The notes: generated by a model from the letters alone, not told the origin. A stretch of 64,000 bases of DNA from Candidatus Caldarchaeum subterraneum (GCA_937934305.1 CALHAG010000002.1:13263-77262), one strand, 5' to 3'; counted from the stretch's first letter, positions 39,345-48,216 are shown. Translations and numbers: made by a program.

Positions 39345-40226
39345 TCAAAATTCCCATAGAACTTTTACAATTCGCCGCGAAGCGCCCGAACCCGTCTGAG
39401 TAGCCTTTTCACGGAGAATTTTGCCCAAGCCCATCTTTTCCCTTAATTTATCCAGTGAGCTGTAGGCGTCGAACTCTCCAGTATCATGAAAATCTACTGC
39501 CAGCTTCTTCACCCCTAAACTGGGGAGCAGAGAGAGTTCATCGATAACGTAGTGCTCACATCCTTCACAGTTTAGCTTAACCACTTCAGGCCTGTATCTG
39601 TTAACTAAATCCAGTAAACCAACTACCGGCACTTGAAGCTTATCGCCAGCACCAGCCCCAAACTCAAGTCCGTATCCCATAGAGCCATATTGTGAAGGAA
39701 GATCCGGAACAGCAGTACCTATAGACGCGTTTAAACATTCAACAGGAAGGCCCCTGACGTTAAGCTCGAGAAACCTAAAGTGGAATTGGACAGGTTCTAC
39801 TGCGATGACCTTTCTGGCATTTTTATGAATCCATAGAAGCGGGGTATCCCCAAGATAAGCCCCTACGTCAAGCACAACCATCCCCTCAACATCAAAATTA
39901 TAGAATTGGTGAAATGCAGAAGGCGGCGCCACTCCCTCAGCCCTAAGAGGAATAGTAAAATCTCTACCGAAATAATTCGGTATAACAAGGGCGTCGGACC
40001 CGAACTTGACAAGGGGAAGCACTTCACCATAATGTCGCCAACTGTTCTCGAGTCTAACAAGCTGTTTCAAAAGAGACCGCCCACTACACACAATTTCACC
40101 TCCTCCCCTTGAAACAAACCTGCCATCCATCCTAAGCAAAGCCCTAAACATAAGAGAAACCCAGTTAACCACATGCTTCCGAGCAACATGAAAAGCAAAC
40201 AAGTAACTTCTAAGCCTGTTCGTCAT
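39345..40226 (-). CDS. FkbM family methyltransferase
   Basis: VVLDVGAYLGDT, AVEPVQFHFRFLELN. Confidence 0.8.
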   Translation of the reverse strand: MTNRLRSYLFAFHVARKHVVNWVSLMFRALLRMDGRFVSRGGGEIVCSGRSLLKQLVRLENSWRHYGEVLPLVKFGSDALVIPNYFGRDFTIPLRAEGVAPPSAFHQFYNFDVEGMVVLDVGAYLGDTPLLWIHKNARKVIAVEPVQFHFRFLELNVRGLPVECLNASIGTAVPDLPSQYGSMGYGLEFGAGAGDKLQVPVVGLLDLVNRYRPEVVKLNCEGCEHYVIDELSLLPSLGVKKLAVDFHDTGEFDAYSSLDKLREKMGLGKILREKATQTGSGASRRIVKVLWEF

Positions 40227-40578
40227 ACCTCAACCCAAACTCAAAAACGCGCAAATATAAAACAATATCCCGCAGACTAGAGGACACAAGATTGTCTAAA
40301 AATTGCGGGAAGATCTCTAACACCCAGATACTTTAAAACAAGATGCGCATCGAGAAAACGTCAAGGTAGGCAACAAAATATATGTGAATTGGACCGAAGC
40401 ATCAAGAAACGTGATGGCTGGGAAGATACATCCGCAGCCATAGAACAATATCACAAAGACACACATTAGCCTAAGGAAAACTAGCAAAACCGCGAACCTT
40501 TAAAAACCAAAACTCCAACGCCTAAACAGGCCCAGGCCATGCATCAAAACAGAAGGAATACACCGAGGCTGGACAAGT

Positions 40579-41682
40579 ATGAAGGTGCTATTCACGGCAA
40601 GCGGTGAAAAAGTGGGCGGAGCCACGCTCGCCATGCTTCATCTAATGCTAGGCCTACCCAGCCAAGGCATCCAACCCATACTCCTCACACCAAACACCTC
40701 CGCAATAAACCCAAACCTAACCAAAAAACTCATGCAAAAAGGTGTCAAAATAGTCGAGGGCCGACACAGACTAAAAGGCCTCCTTCACTGGCTATGGCTA
40801 CTCATAACAACCCTAAAGCTCTCCAGAAAACTCGGCGTCAAGATAATCCACACACACGGCCCAAAAGAGGCCACGGTTTTAGGCATCGCAGCAAAAATAC
40901 TCGGGCTAAAACATGTCTACACAGTCGAGGGGGACCCTATCATAGAAACCTACATCAACAGAAGCGGCCCCGTAGCCACTCTGGTCAACAAAATCCTCTT
41001 CAAAACAGGCCTCCGACTCGCAGACGAGGTGGTAGGATGCAGCCGATGGATGGCCACACACATCACGAAAACCTACGGAATAAAAGCCACACCGATATGG
41101 AACCCCATCGACCACGAAAAATTCTCCAACACCACAACATCCCACCCCGACGAACAAACCATCCTCACCGCAGCCAGACTCGACAAAGTCAAAGACATAG
41201 AAACACTGCTACACGCCGTCGAAGACATAGAACCCATGAACCGCCCCAAACTCCTAATCGCGGGAGACGGCCCACTCAAGGAAACCCTCACCGAAATGGT
41301 GAAAACAAAAAAACTACAAGACAAGGTCATCTTCCTCGGACACAGAACAGACGTTGAAGAACTAATGGCCAAGGCCCACATCTTCATACTTCCATCACTC
41401 TACGAGCCCTTCGGCATGGCGGCCGCAGAAGCCATGGCAGCAGGCAGACCAGTCATAGCATCAAACGTCGGCGGCCTCAGAGAAATAGTAGACCACGGCG
41501 TAAACGGCCTCCTCTTCACACCAAAAAACCACCGCGAACTCGCACAACACATAACAAAACTCCTACAAGACAAAAAACTATGGACCACTCTCTCACAAAA
41601 CGCCAGAGAAAAATCAGCCATCTTCAAACCCGAGAACATAGCGAAACGATACCTAGAGGTTTACATGCGATGCTTAGGTTAA
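40579..41682 (+). CDS. glycosyltransferase family 4
   Basis: ILPSLYEPFGMAAAEAMAAGRPVIASNVGGLREIV. Coding strand strongly A+C-rich and T-poor. Confidence 0.85.
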   Translation: MKVLFTASGEKVGGATLAMLHLMLGLPSQGIQPILLTPNTSAINPNLTKKLMQKGVKIVEGRHRLKGLLHWLWLLITTLKLSRKLGVKIIHTHGPKEATVLGIAAKILGLKHVYTVEGDPIIETYINRSGPVATLVNKILFKTGLRLADEVVGCSRWMATHITKTYGIKATPIWNPIDHEKFSNTTTSHPDEQTILTAARLDKVKDIETLLHAVEDIEPMNRPKLLIAGDGPLKETLTEMVKTKKLQDKVIFLGHRTDVEELMAKAHIFILPSLYEPFGMAAAEAMAAGRPVIASNVGGLREIVDHGVNGLLFTPKNHRELAQHITKLLQDKKLWTTLSQNAREKSAIFKPENIAKRYLEVYMRCLG

Positions 41683-41707
41683 AAAATCGGTCAACAACCC
41701 TCGATGC

Positions 41708-42664
41708 ATGATAATGGTCACGGGGGCGCTTGGGTTCATAGGCAGCCACCTAACCGAAGATCTCCTCGACAAAGGCGAAAAAGTAGCAGGCGTCAGCCAC
41801 CCGACACCACCTGAAAACAACATCAACATCCTAACAAGCCACAAAGCCGCATCAAACCTCCACATAATATACAGCGACCTGAAAAACCTCGACGAAGTAA
41901 AACAGATACTGAAAACAAACGCCCCCACACATGTATACCATCTCGCGGCACTCGCCTCCCACAGACTGAGCATGTCCGAGCCATACAAATACCTCGAAAA
42001 CAACATACTAACCACACTCAACATCCTAGAAGCAGCACGCCTCACAGAACCCAGCCCGCGTATAATTTATTCATCAAGCAGCAGCATCTACGGAAACAAC
42101 AAACCGCCGTTGAGAGAGGACATGAAGCCCGACCCAAGAGGACCATACGCTCTAAGCAAATGGATATGCGAAGAGCTCTGCAGCCAATACGTCAAAGACT
42201 ATGGACTCGACGTCGTCACGGTGAGATACTTCAACGTCGTCGGTGAAAGATGCAGAGGAAACATAGTTTTCCGAGTTTTCGCCGAACGCGCATCAAAAAA
42301 CTTGGACCTTGAGGTCTACGGGCGATTCATCAACGGCGTCTTCAAACCCGCTGCAAGAGACTTCACATACGTCAAAGACGCAGTCCAAGGAACGATTCTA
42401 GCCGCTGAGAAAGGTGTAAAAGGTGAGGTCTACAACATCGGGTTCGGCAGACCGGTCAGCGTCAAAACAGTGGCTGAACTAATCATAAAAAACCTGGGAA
42501 GTCGTTCAAGAATAGTGGAGAAGGAGCTCAAGCCACATGAAAGCCTCGAAAGCTACTCCGATAACAACAAAGCGCGGACACAACTCGGCTGGACGCCGAA
42601 GAAAGACGTAGAGGAAATGGTGCATAGATTCTTAGTATACTGGAAAAATATCCAACAACCATAA
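41708..42664 (+). CDS. NAD-dependent epimerase/dehydratase (extended SDR; UDP-sugar 4-epimerase-like)
   Basis: MIMVTGALGFIGSHL, YALSKWICE (YxxxK). Confidence 0.9.
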   Translation: MIMVTGALGFIGSHLTEDLLDKGEKVAGVSHPTPPENNINILTSHKAASNLHIIYSDLKNLDEVKQILKTNAPTHVYHLAALASHRLSMSEPYKYLENNILTTLNILEAARLTEPSPRIIYSSSSSIYGNNKPPLREDMKPDPRGPYALSKWICEELCSQYVKDYGLDVVTVRYFNVVGERCRGNIVFRVFAERASKNLDLEVYGRFINGVFKPAARDFTYVKDAVQGTILAAEKGVKGEVYNIGFGRPVSVKTVAELIIKNLGSRSRIVEKELKPHESLESYSDNNKARTQLGWTPKKDVEEMVHRFLVYWKNIQQP

Positions 42665-42838
42665 ACCATAATCGCTCAAAAACTTAGAAACAATCTCCAA
42701 CGTGCCGTCAACAGAGCCACCATCAACCACCACAACATCACCAACCATATCACCCAACTCCACCAAACCTTCTAGACAATCACGAATAGTCCTCGAAGAA
42801 TTCCTAGTTAAAATGACGAACGAAACTTCTGCAACAGA
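42632..42838 (-). pseudogene. remnant of a family-2 glycosyltransferase (N-terminal about 65 codons only, no start codon)
   Basis: Hand translation of the minus strand: SVAEVSFVILTRNSSRTIRDCLEGLVELGDMVGDVVVVDGGSVDGTLEIVSKFLSDYGLWLLDIFPVY*. VIxxxN and VVDxGSxDGT are GT2 hallmarks. Ends inside the epimerase 3' end. Confidence 0.5.
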
Positions 42839-43079
42839 TTACAAACAGGCCCTATTTATTTTTCAAGAGAGACAACATCACTAAAATACACTCGGCACCA
42901 ACAACGATGCTAACAGAGCAGATTATTCCTCAAATTCCTTTTTCGTAAAAAATTCTGAATCCTAAATATGAGCACCAACCCCATATGCTTGAAACCTTGG
43001 ATAAGAAGCTGAGCTGGCAGTGGTTATTACCTCGGGTAAAACAGGTAATACCTAGATACCGAGAAATATTTCATTAAAC

Positions 43080-43331
43080 ATGAAGGTTGTTAGCGTCAAG
43101 GTAGACGACAGCACTAAAGCCAAAATGGAAAAGTTTAAAGACGTTAACTGGTCTGAGGTAATAAGAAAAGCCATCATTGAAAGGATTAAGTTCAAGGAAA
43201 GTTTACGTACAGAGATAGACAAGCGCCGTGCGCATCATGCTTCTGAGCGGATGGAGAAGCTTAGGGAGAAAACAACCGGTAAATGGAGCGGGGGCGAGGA
43301 GATTAGGAAGTGGCGCGAGCTGAGACTATAG
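43080..43331 (+). CDS. VapB-like antitoxin (archaeal RHH/AbrB-like family), paralog of 45078..45329
   Basis: MKVVSVKVDDSTKAKMEKFKDVNWSEVIRKAIIERI compared with 45078 copy VVAVKVNKRLKEAMRRYSNRVDWPSEIRTFIMEKI. Confidence 0.5.
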   Translation: MKVVSVKVDDSTKAKMEKFKDVNWSEVIRKAIIERIKFKESLRTEIDKRRAHHASERMEKLREKTTGKWSGGEEIRKWRELRL

Positions 43332-43498
43332 TTATTGACGCGTCTGTGGCCGTTAAATGGTTTAACAAAGAGGAATATTCAGATGACGCAGATCGGTTGA
43401 AGGATGCCCATGTGAGGGGGAGGATAAGACTTGCGGCTCCTGAGCTACTTTTGTATGAGGTTTTAAACGCGCTACGCTATAACGCTGAGCAGCCCTAA
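43310..43498 (+). pseudogene. truncated PIN-domain (VapC) gene, N-terminal about 60 codons only
   Basis: IVIDASVAVKWF...LAAPELLLYEVLNAL is the PIN N-terminus. Stop after 62 codons, whereas VapC is about 130 aa. Confidence 0.5.
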
Positions 43499-43504
43499 GA
43501 CTAG

Positions 43505-43729
43505 TTCGCCAAACATGTTCTCACTAATGCCGCATCGAATCTTCGCATAATTTACAGATACCTGAAAAAGACGAAACAGGGCCTCGAAAGCTACTCAGAC
43601 AACACCAAAGCACGTAAACATCTATGTTGGGAGCCGAAAACAGACATCGAGCAGATGATGAAAAAATTCACAGAATATTGGAAGAACACAAACCACTTAA
43701 CTGATAAGATTATAAACCAGGTCACATGA
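43505..43729 (+). pseudogene. 3' fragment of a second NAD-dependent epimerase gene (no start)
   Basis: Open frame ...NLRIIYRYLKKTKQGLESYSDNTKARKHLCWEPKTDIEQMMKKFTEYWKN aligns with the C-terminus of 41708..42664 (ELKPHESLESYSDNNKARTQLGWTPKKDVEEMVHRFLVYWKN), about 75% nt identity. Confidence 0.55.
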
Positions 43730-44808
43730 TTATCTTTTGGACAATGGCCCAGAGGCTGAGGAAGCAGTTCATCGATTTGCTGGAGAAGGATGTCGAGTTC
43801 CGGTACACAGTGGCAGGCTACCTTGGGTTATCCGAGGTTTTGAAGAGGCTTGACGCAGTGGAGGCGGAGCTACGAGGTCTACGCGAGGATGTGAAGAAGC
43901 TGTGGGAGGAGGTGAAAAGCCTCCGAGAGGAAGAGAACAAGCTATGGGAAGAGGTAAAGAGCCTTAGAGAAGGGCAGAACAAACTGTGGGAAGGCCAGAA
44001 CAGGCTATGGGAAGAGGTCAAGAGCTTGAGAGATGGTCAGAACAAACTGTGGGAAAGCGTTGAGAAGCTTTGGGTAGAAGTCAAAAACCTTAGAGAGGGT
44101 CAGGAGAAACTCTGGGAAAACCAGAACAGGCTTTGGGAGGGGCAGAATAAGCTGTGGGAAGAGGTGAAGAGCCTTAGAGAAGGGCAGGAGAAGCTGTGGG
44201 AGGAGGTGAAAAGCCTCCGAGAGGGGGAGAATAAGCTATGGGAGGAGGTGAAGAACCTTAGAGAGGGTCAGGAGAAACTCTGGGAAAACCAGAACAGGCT
44301 TTGGGAGGGGCAGAACAAGCTATGGGAGGAGGTGAAGAACATGAGGGATAGTTTGAACAGGTTGTGGGAGTCTCATTTCCGTCTAGAGAAATATGTCAGG
44401 ACTGGATTTGAGGGGCTTCGGAAGGCGCTTCACATCACATTCGAAGACTACTCCCGCTCCTTTACCCAGCTGCTTCTCGAGGAAATGGGGTATGGCTGGC
44501 GTGAAGTGGATAGGAAGATTCTGGTTTCCGACGGTGAACCGGTTGAGGTTGATATCTTCTGTGAGGAGCCGCTGGTTGTGGGTGAGGTTACCTCGTTGCT
44601 GGAGAGGTGGGAGGACGTGGAGAGGGAGCTTGATAGATTGGAGAAACGGGTTGAGCTCGCCAGCCGTGTTTATGGGAGAAAGCCCGAGATGGTGCTTCTC
44701 TGCGTTGGCCGTGTCTCTGAGGACATTGCTCCAAGCCTCCGACGCGCTGCCTCGACCAAGGGTGTGAGGCTTGTTCTCGGCGGCGAGATAAAGGAGGCCG
44801 TTGTCTAA
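43726..44808 (+). CDS. coiled-coil protein with about 25 tandem 11-residue repeats (LWEEVKxLREG) and a C-terminal alpha/beta domain of unknown function
   Basis: 360 aa. Residues about 55-225 are near-perfect undecad repeats. C-terminal 135 aa are non-repetitive (…ILVSDGEPVEVDIFCEEPLVVGEVTSLLE…). Family not recognised. Confidence 0.6.
   Translation: MIIFWTMAQRLRKQFIDLLEKDVEFRYTVAGYLGLSEVLKRLDAVEAELRGLREDVKKLWEEVKSLREEENKLWEEVKSLREGQNKLWEGQNRLWEEVKSLRDGQNKLWESVEKLWVEVKNLREGQEKLWENQNRLWEGQNKLWEEVKSLREGQEKLWEEVKSLREGENKLWEEVKNLREGQEKLWENQNRLWEGQNKLWEEVKNMRDSLNRLWESHFRLEKYVRTGFEGLRKALHITFEDYSRSFTQLLLEEMGYGWREVDRKILVSDGEPVEVDIFCEEPLVVGEVTSLLERWEDVERELDRLEKRVELASRVYGRKPEMVLLCVGRVSEDIAPSLRRAASTKGVRLVLGGEIKEAVV
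43897..44350 (+). repeat. intragenic tandem repeat array (33-bp units, with a higher-order 168-bp unit)
   Basis: A 61-bp stretch at 44084-44144 is repeated exactly at 44252-44312 (spacing 168 bp). Many 33-bp units such as gaggtgaagagccttagagaagggcagaacaag. Confidence 0.85.
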
Positions 44809-44825
44809 GCTATTCTGTCTGTGAA

Positions 44826-44861
44826 ATGGCTGTTGTGTGAACCGATACAGAAGCAAATAAC
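44826..44861. repeat. 36-bp direct repeat, copy 1 (31/36 identical to 46804..46839)
   Basis: aagctattctgtctgtgaaatggctgttgtgtgaac versus aagctattctgtctgtgaggtggctggtgcgagaac. Confidence 0.7.
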
Positions 44862-45077
44862 TTTACAACAGAGGTTGGTGAACCTATACCTTCAGATGGA
44901 GGGGCTTTCTCCACGCGCAAAGTTCTTTGAGGAGCTTGTGAATTCTTGGAGCGGGTTAACCCGACGAGTGAGGATGCTGATGAGGAGCCCGATGAAGCCA
45001 AGAGCCATATCTCCATATGATGTCTACATGGCTGCAGAACCCGTAAATAAGTTAGGTATAACCGTAGGTTTATAAAA

Positions 45078-45329
45078 GTGTATAACGATGAGTTTACTGT
45101 GAGCAGTGTAGTCGCCGTCAAAGTCAACAAAAGATTGAAGGAGGCTATGAGACGCTACAGCAATCGGGTTGACTGGCCTTCCGAGATCAGGACATTTATC
45201 ATGGAAAAAATTAGGAGGCTTGAGGCTGAGGAAAATCTTGAAAGAGTGGTGAAGATGTTGGAGGAAACGGGGAGTGTCGAGGAGGGGTTCAGCCTCAAAG
45301 CCGTGAGGGAGGACCGTGATAGTCATTGA
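45078..45329 (+). CDS. vapB: VapB-like antitoxin
   Basis: 83 aa. 14-nt overlap with the downstream PIN gene. Confidence 0.6.
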   Translation: MYNDEFTVSSVVAVKVNKRLKEAMRRYSNRVDWPSEIRTFIMEKIRRLEAEENLERVVKMLEETGSVEEGFSLKAVREDRDSH

Positions 45330-45714
45330 CAGCTCGATACTAGCATCGTTCATCCTAAAAGAGCCCGGTTGGGAAAAAATCAAAGAACTAATGCTTGATG
45401 CCGTGACAGTTGACCTAGCAATCAAAGAAGTCTTTAATGCTCTGTTGATAGCGTGCCAAACCGGTCGGATAACCTTCGAAGATGCGCAGAAGAAGGCCGA
45501 GGCTCTCGAAAAACTCATCACAATTAATGTCAAAACTTTCAATCAAGAAGATATACTGATGGAATCTTTCGAGCTTGCATACAAAGAAAAATTGACAATT
45601 TACGACAGCTTGTTCATTGTTTTGGCCCGGAAGCTCAAGCTACCCCTCGCCACGAAAGACCGGCGCCAGCACGAGGTGGCGCTTTTGGCTGGTGTGCCAG
45701 CATCACTTTACTAA
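45316..45714 (+). CDS. vapC: PIN-domain ribonuclease VapC
   Basis: MIVIDSSILASFILKE... D-x-E-D-D PIN acidic residues, 132 aa. Confidence 0.8.
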   Translation: MIVIDSSILASFILKEPGWEKIKELMLDAVTVDLAIKEVFNALLIACQTGRITFEDAQKKAEALEKLITINVKTFNQEDILMESFELAYKEKLTIYDSLFIVLARKLKLPLATKDRRQHEVALLAGVPASLY

Positions 45715-45741
45715 TCGGAACACATCTTTCTAGATGGAATG

Positions 45742-46167
45742 TCACAGTTGTAAGCTGTTCATTAATTTTCTGACCGCCTCGAATACTTTTTCGGCGTCTG
45801 AGAGAGCTTTTTCGGCATCGATTTTTGCATAAATTTCTTCTGGCGGAAGGTTAAGCTCTTCGTCGCCGTACATGGCCGTTTCTCTCTCCTTCCTTAAAGC
45901 TCTCGATATGGAGGCCAGTTCATCAATCTGTTCGTTCATCCACGATGGGAACCTGCTTTTCTCTCTTCTGAGTATTGGTCCGACATCATGCCATTTAGGC
46001 GGCTCGACTCCGACCAGTCTCAACGCAGCTTTGAGGGAAAGCTCCACACATTCTTGACAAAGTCTTACGGCGTATGCGTAGCTGCCTTTCTGTAGGGCTG
46101 TTTTCGCTGTTGTCAACCGCTCCTCGGCCTGTCTAAGGTTGGACTTGGCCATCTCCAGATTGTCCAT
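45742..46167 (-). CDS. HEPN domain protein
   Basis: 141 aa, all-alpha, ...RALRKERETAMYGDEE (R-x4-6-H/Y-type HEPN motif). Confidence 0.65.
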   Translation of the reverse strand: MDNLEMAKSNLRQAEERLTTAKTALQKGSYAYAVRLCQECVELSLKAALRLVGVEPPKWHDVGPILRREKSRFPSWMNEQIDELASISRALRKERETAMYGDEELNLPPEEIYAKIDAEKALSDAEKVFEAVRKLMNSLQL

Positions 46168-46726
46168 TTATCTTCACCCTCTTCACTCCGCCGCCTTTCC
46201 AGAGCCTCCAGTACCATTTCCTCCCTATCCACACCCTTTCAGCACCCATCTTCTCTAGATTAGCCCTTAGAGAATTGAGGAGGTTTGTAAGGAAACTGTC
46301 TTTGTCGTATAGTATTACGGCGTCTTCGGTCATGTCTAGGAGAATGCTGGGTATTCGCGCGGCCTCTTGGGGTGTGAGGATGATTGGTGAGATGGAGACG
46401 CCGTAGCCCCGTTCATAAAGAGTGTCCAGGAACTTGTCCAAATCTTTCTCGCATTCTATGAACAGCTCTGTTCTATCCAGCCTGTTCTTAGGGAGCTTCT
46501 CACACACAACCATCACATCCAAATCGCTTTCTTTCCCCGCTTCACCTCTTGCAACAGAGCCGAAAACAGCGACGGAGACCAGCCGATCACCCAGCCGTCG
46601 GTGAAGGCTTTCCACCAGCTTTTGAGCAAGTGTTCTGTACGGCTCCTCCAGCAAAGCTTCAGTCACAAAATACGGGTTTACCGGTATAATTAAAGCTAAG
46701 CCAAAAAGCGTCGCGTGACATTCCAT
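46133..46726 (-). CDS. nucleotidyltransferase (MNT) with C-terminal extension, partner of HEPN
   Basis: VFGSVARGEAGKESDLDVMVV. Confidence 0.75.
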   Translation of the reverse strand: MECHATLFGLALIIPVNPYFVTEALLEEPYRTLAQKLVESLHRRLGDRLVSVAVFGSVARGEAGKESDLDVMVVCEKLPKNRLDRTELFIECEKDLDKFLDTLYERGYGVSISPIILTPQEAARIPSILLDMTEDAVILYDKDSFLTNLLNSLRANLEKMGAERVWIGRKWYWRLWKGGGVKRVKINGQSGDGQVQP

Positions 46727-46803
46727 AACTTGTATAGTAATTGCTCTGGCGGCTGATGCGATTTTGTTGCGGGTGGTGACTTTTGTAGGCTACGGGGTTG
46801 TTG

Positions 46804-46839
46804 AAGCTATTCTGTCTGTGAGGTGGCTGGTGCGAGAAC
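46804..46839. repeat. 36-bp direct repeat, copy 2
   Basis: See copy 1. Confidence 0.7.
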
Positions 46840-47001
46840 TCTCTTGATGTAGTTTTGTCTGTTTCTTTGTCGTGGGAAGGGTGATTTGCGTGGCTTGGCC
46901 TCGAGCTTGGGTGTCTGGCTTCTCACTTTTCCCGCTTTTGTGATGCTTCCGTGGGACGGCATGCCAATATGTTGACTGTTTTTCCTGTATATTAGGGCTA
47001 T

Positions 47002-47008
47002 CTCGTTT
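47002..47008 (+). promoter_or_regulatory. TATA-like box (tttatat) about 30 nt upstream of the nop5 ATG; leaderless-type promoter
   Basis: Sequence and spacing only. Confidence 0.4.
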
Positions 47009-47037
47009 ATATCGCGGGATGGTGTTCTTTTCCGCGG

Positions 47038-48216
47038 ATGTCTCGGGCTGTTGTGGTGCCGATGGGTGTTGGCTGGGCTGGTTTGGACGATGATGGAAGG
47101 CTTGTTTTGCTGAGGTTTTTTTCGGAGAAGGTGGATGAGCTTGTGCGGATTGTTTCCTCGAATGATTTACCCTCGGGGTTTGTTGAGGCTTTTCTCAAGG
47201 AGCTGCGGGAACGTGGATACTCTGTTCTGGGTTACTGGGATGAGAGAGTGGGCGATGTGTTGAACAAGTATGCGGCTTCTTTTGGTTTTTCTCTTGAGAG
47301 GGTTGAGAAGAGGCTGGTGGATGTTGAGTCTCTTTTGCCATCTTCAGAGGTGGAGAGGTTTCGCGAGCTTGTTCGAGAGGTTTCCTTGGCGGTGGCCCGG
47401 CAGCGTATCATGGCCGAGGCCGGGCGGAGAGACCTTCACATCGTCCACGCTGTGAGGGTGCTCGACGACCTTGAGAAGACGAAAAACCAGCTCTACGTCC
47501 GTGTGAGAGAATGGTATAGTGTTCATTTCCCTGAGCTATCCTCTCTCCTGACCGATGGCGATGATTTTCTCAAGTTCGCGTCGGTGCCGGTTTTGCGGCA
47601 TAGTTTGGATGAGCGGGTGGTTTCGAAGCTGCTGGGCCCTGATTTGGCTAGACGGGTTATGGAGGCTGCTGAGAAGTCTGTCGGCGGTGACATGGGGCCC
47701 GGTGACGCGGCGATGCTTTCGGCAACGGCTTCACTTGGGCTAGAGGTGAGCAAGCTTGCTGAAAAAACCGCCGAATACATACGTGAGTTGATGGCTTCCG
47801 AGGCACCGAACCTATCGGCAGTGGCTGGCCCTGTTCTGGGCAGTAGGCTGATTTCTTTGGCGGGCGGGCTTGAGCGTCTCGCACGGCTTCCCGCAAGCAC
47901 CATTCAAGTCCTCGGAGCGGAGAAGGCCTTGTTCAGGTTCCTGAAAACAGGACGCGGCTCCCCCAAACATGGCGTGATATTCCAGCACCCGCTTATACAC
48001 ACGGCGCCGAAGTGGCAGAGAGGCAAGATTGCAAGGGCCCTCGCCACCAAGATAAGTATAGCCGCGCGCATAGACTATTTCTCTAAAGGGGACAGGGGTG
48101 CGCAGCTACGTGAAGCCTTGGAGAAAAGGGTTGAGGAGATACGTCGTAAATATGCTTCACCGCCTGCGAAGAAACCTTTGGCGAAACCCGTTGAAAGGAG
48201 GCGTAGAAGAAGGTGA
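47038..48216 (+). CDS. nop5: C/D box sRNP protein Nop5 (Nop56/58)
   Basis: NOP domain ...[20 protein letters not shown]...[19 protein letters not shown], Lys/Arg tail. Confidence 0.9.
   Translation: MSRAVVVPMGVGWAGLDDDGRLVLLRFFSEKVDELVRIVSSNDLPSGFVEAFLKELRERGYSVLGYWDERVGDVLNKYAASFGFSLERVEKRLVDVESLLPSSEVERFRELVREVSLAVARQRIMAEAGRRDLHIVHAVRVLDDLEKTKNQLYVRVREWYSVHFPELSSLLTDGDDFLKFASVPVLRHSLDERVVSKLLGPDLARRVMEAAEKSVGGDMGPGDAAMLSATASLGLEVSKLAEKTAEYIRELMASEAPNLSAVAGPVLGSRLISLAGGLERLARLPASTIQVLGAEKALFRFLKTGRGSPKHGVIFQHPLIHTAPKWQRGKIARALATKISIAARIDYFSKGDRGAQLREALEKRVEEIRRKYASPPAKKPLAKPVERRRRRR

Noticed and set aside
40794-41357. 187-aa Arg/His/Pro/Thr/Gln-rich ORF in an alternate frame of the GT4 gene
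   Set aside because: Low-complexity product inside a well-supported gene. It is explained by the T-poor composition, since stop codons need T.
46860-46970. Possible C/D-box sRNA upstream of nop5 (gtgatgc … ttgactg)
   Set aside because: The boxes deviate from RUGAUGA/CUGA and there is no convincing C'/D' pair. Not callable without a covariance model.
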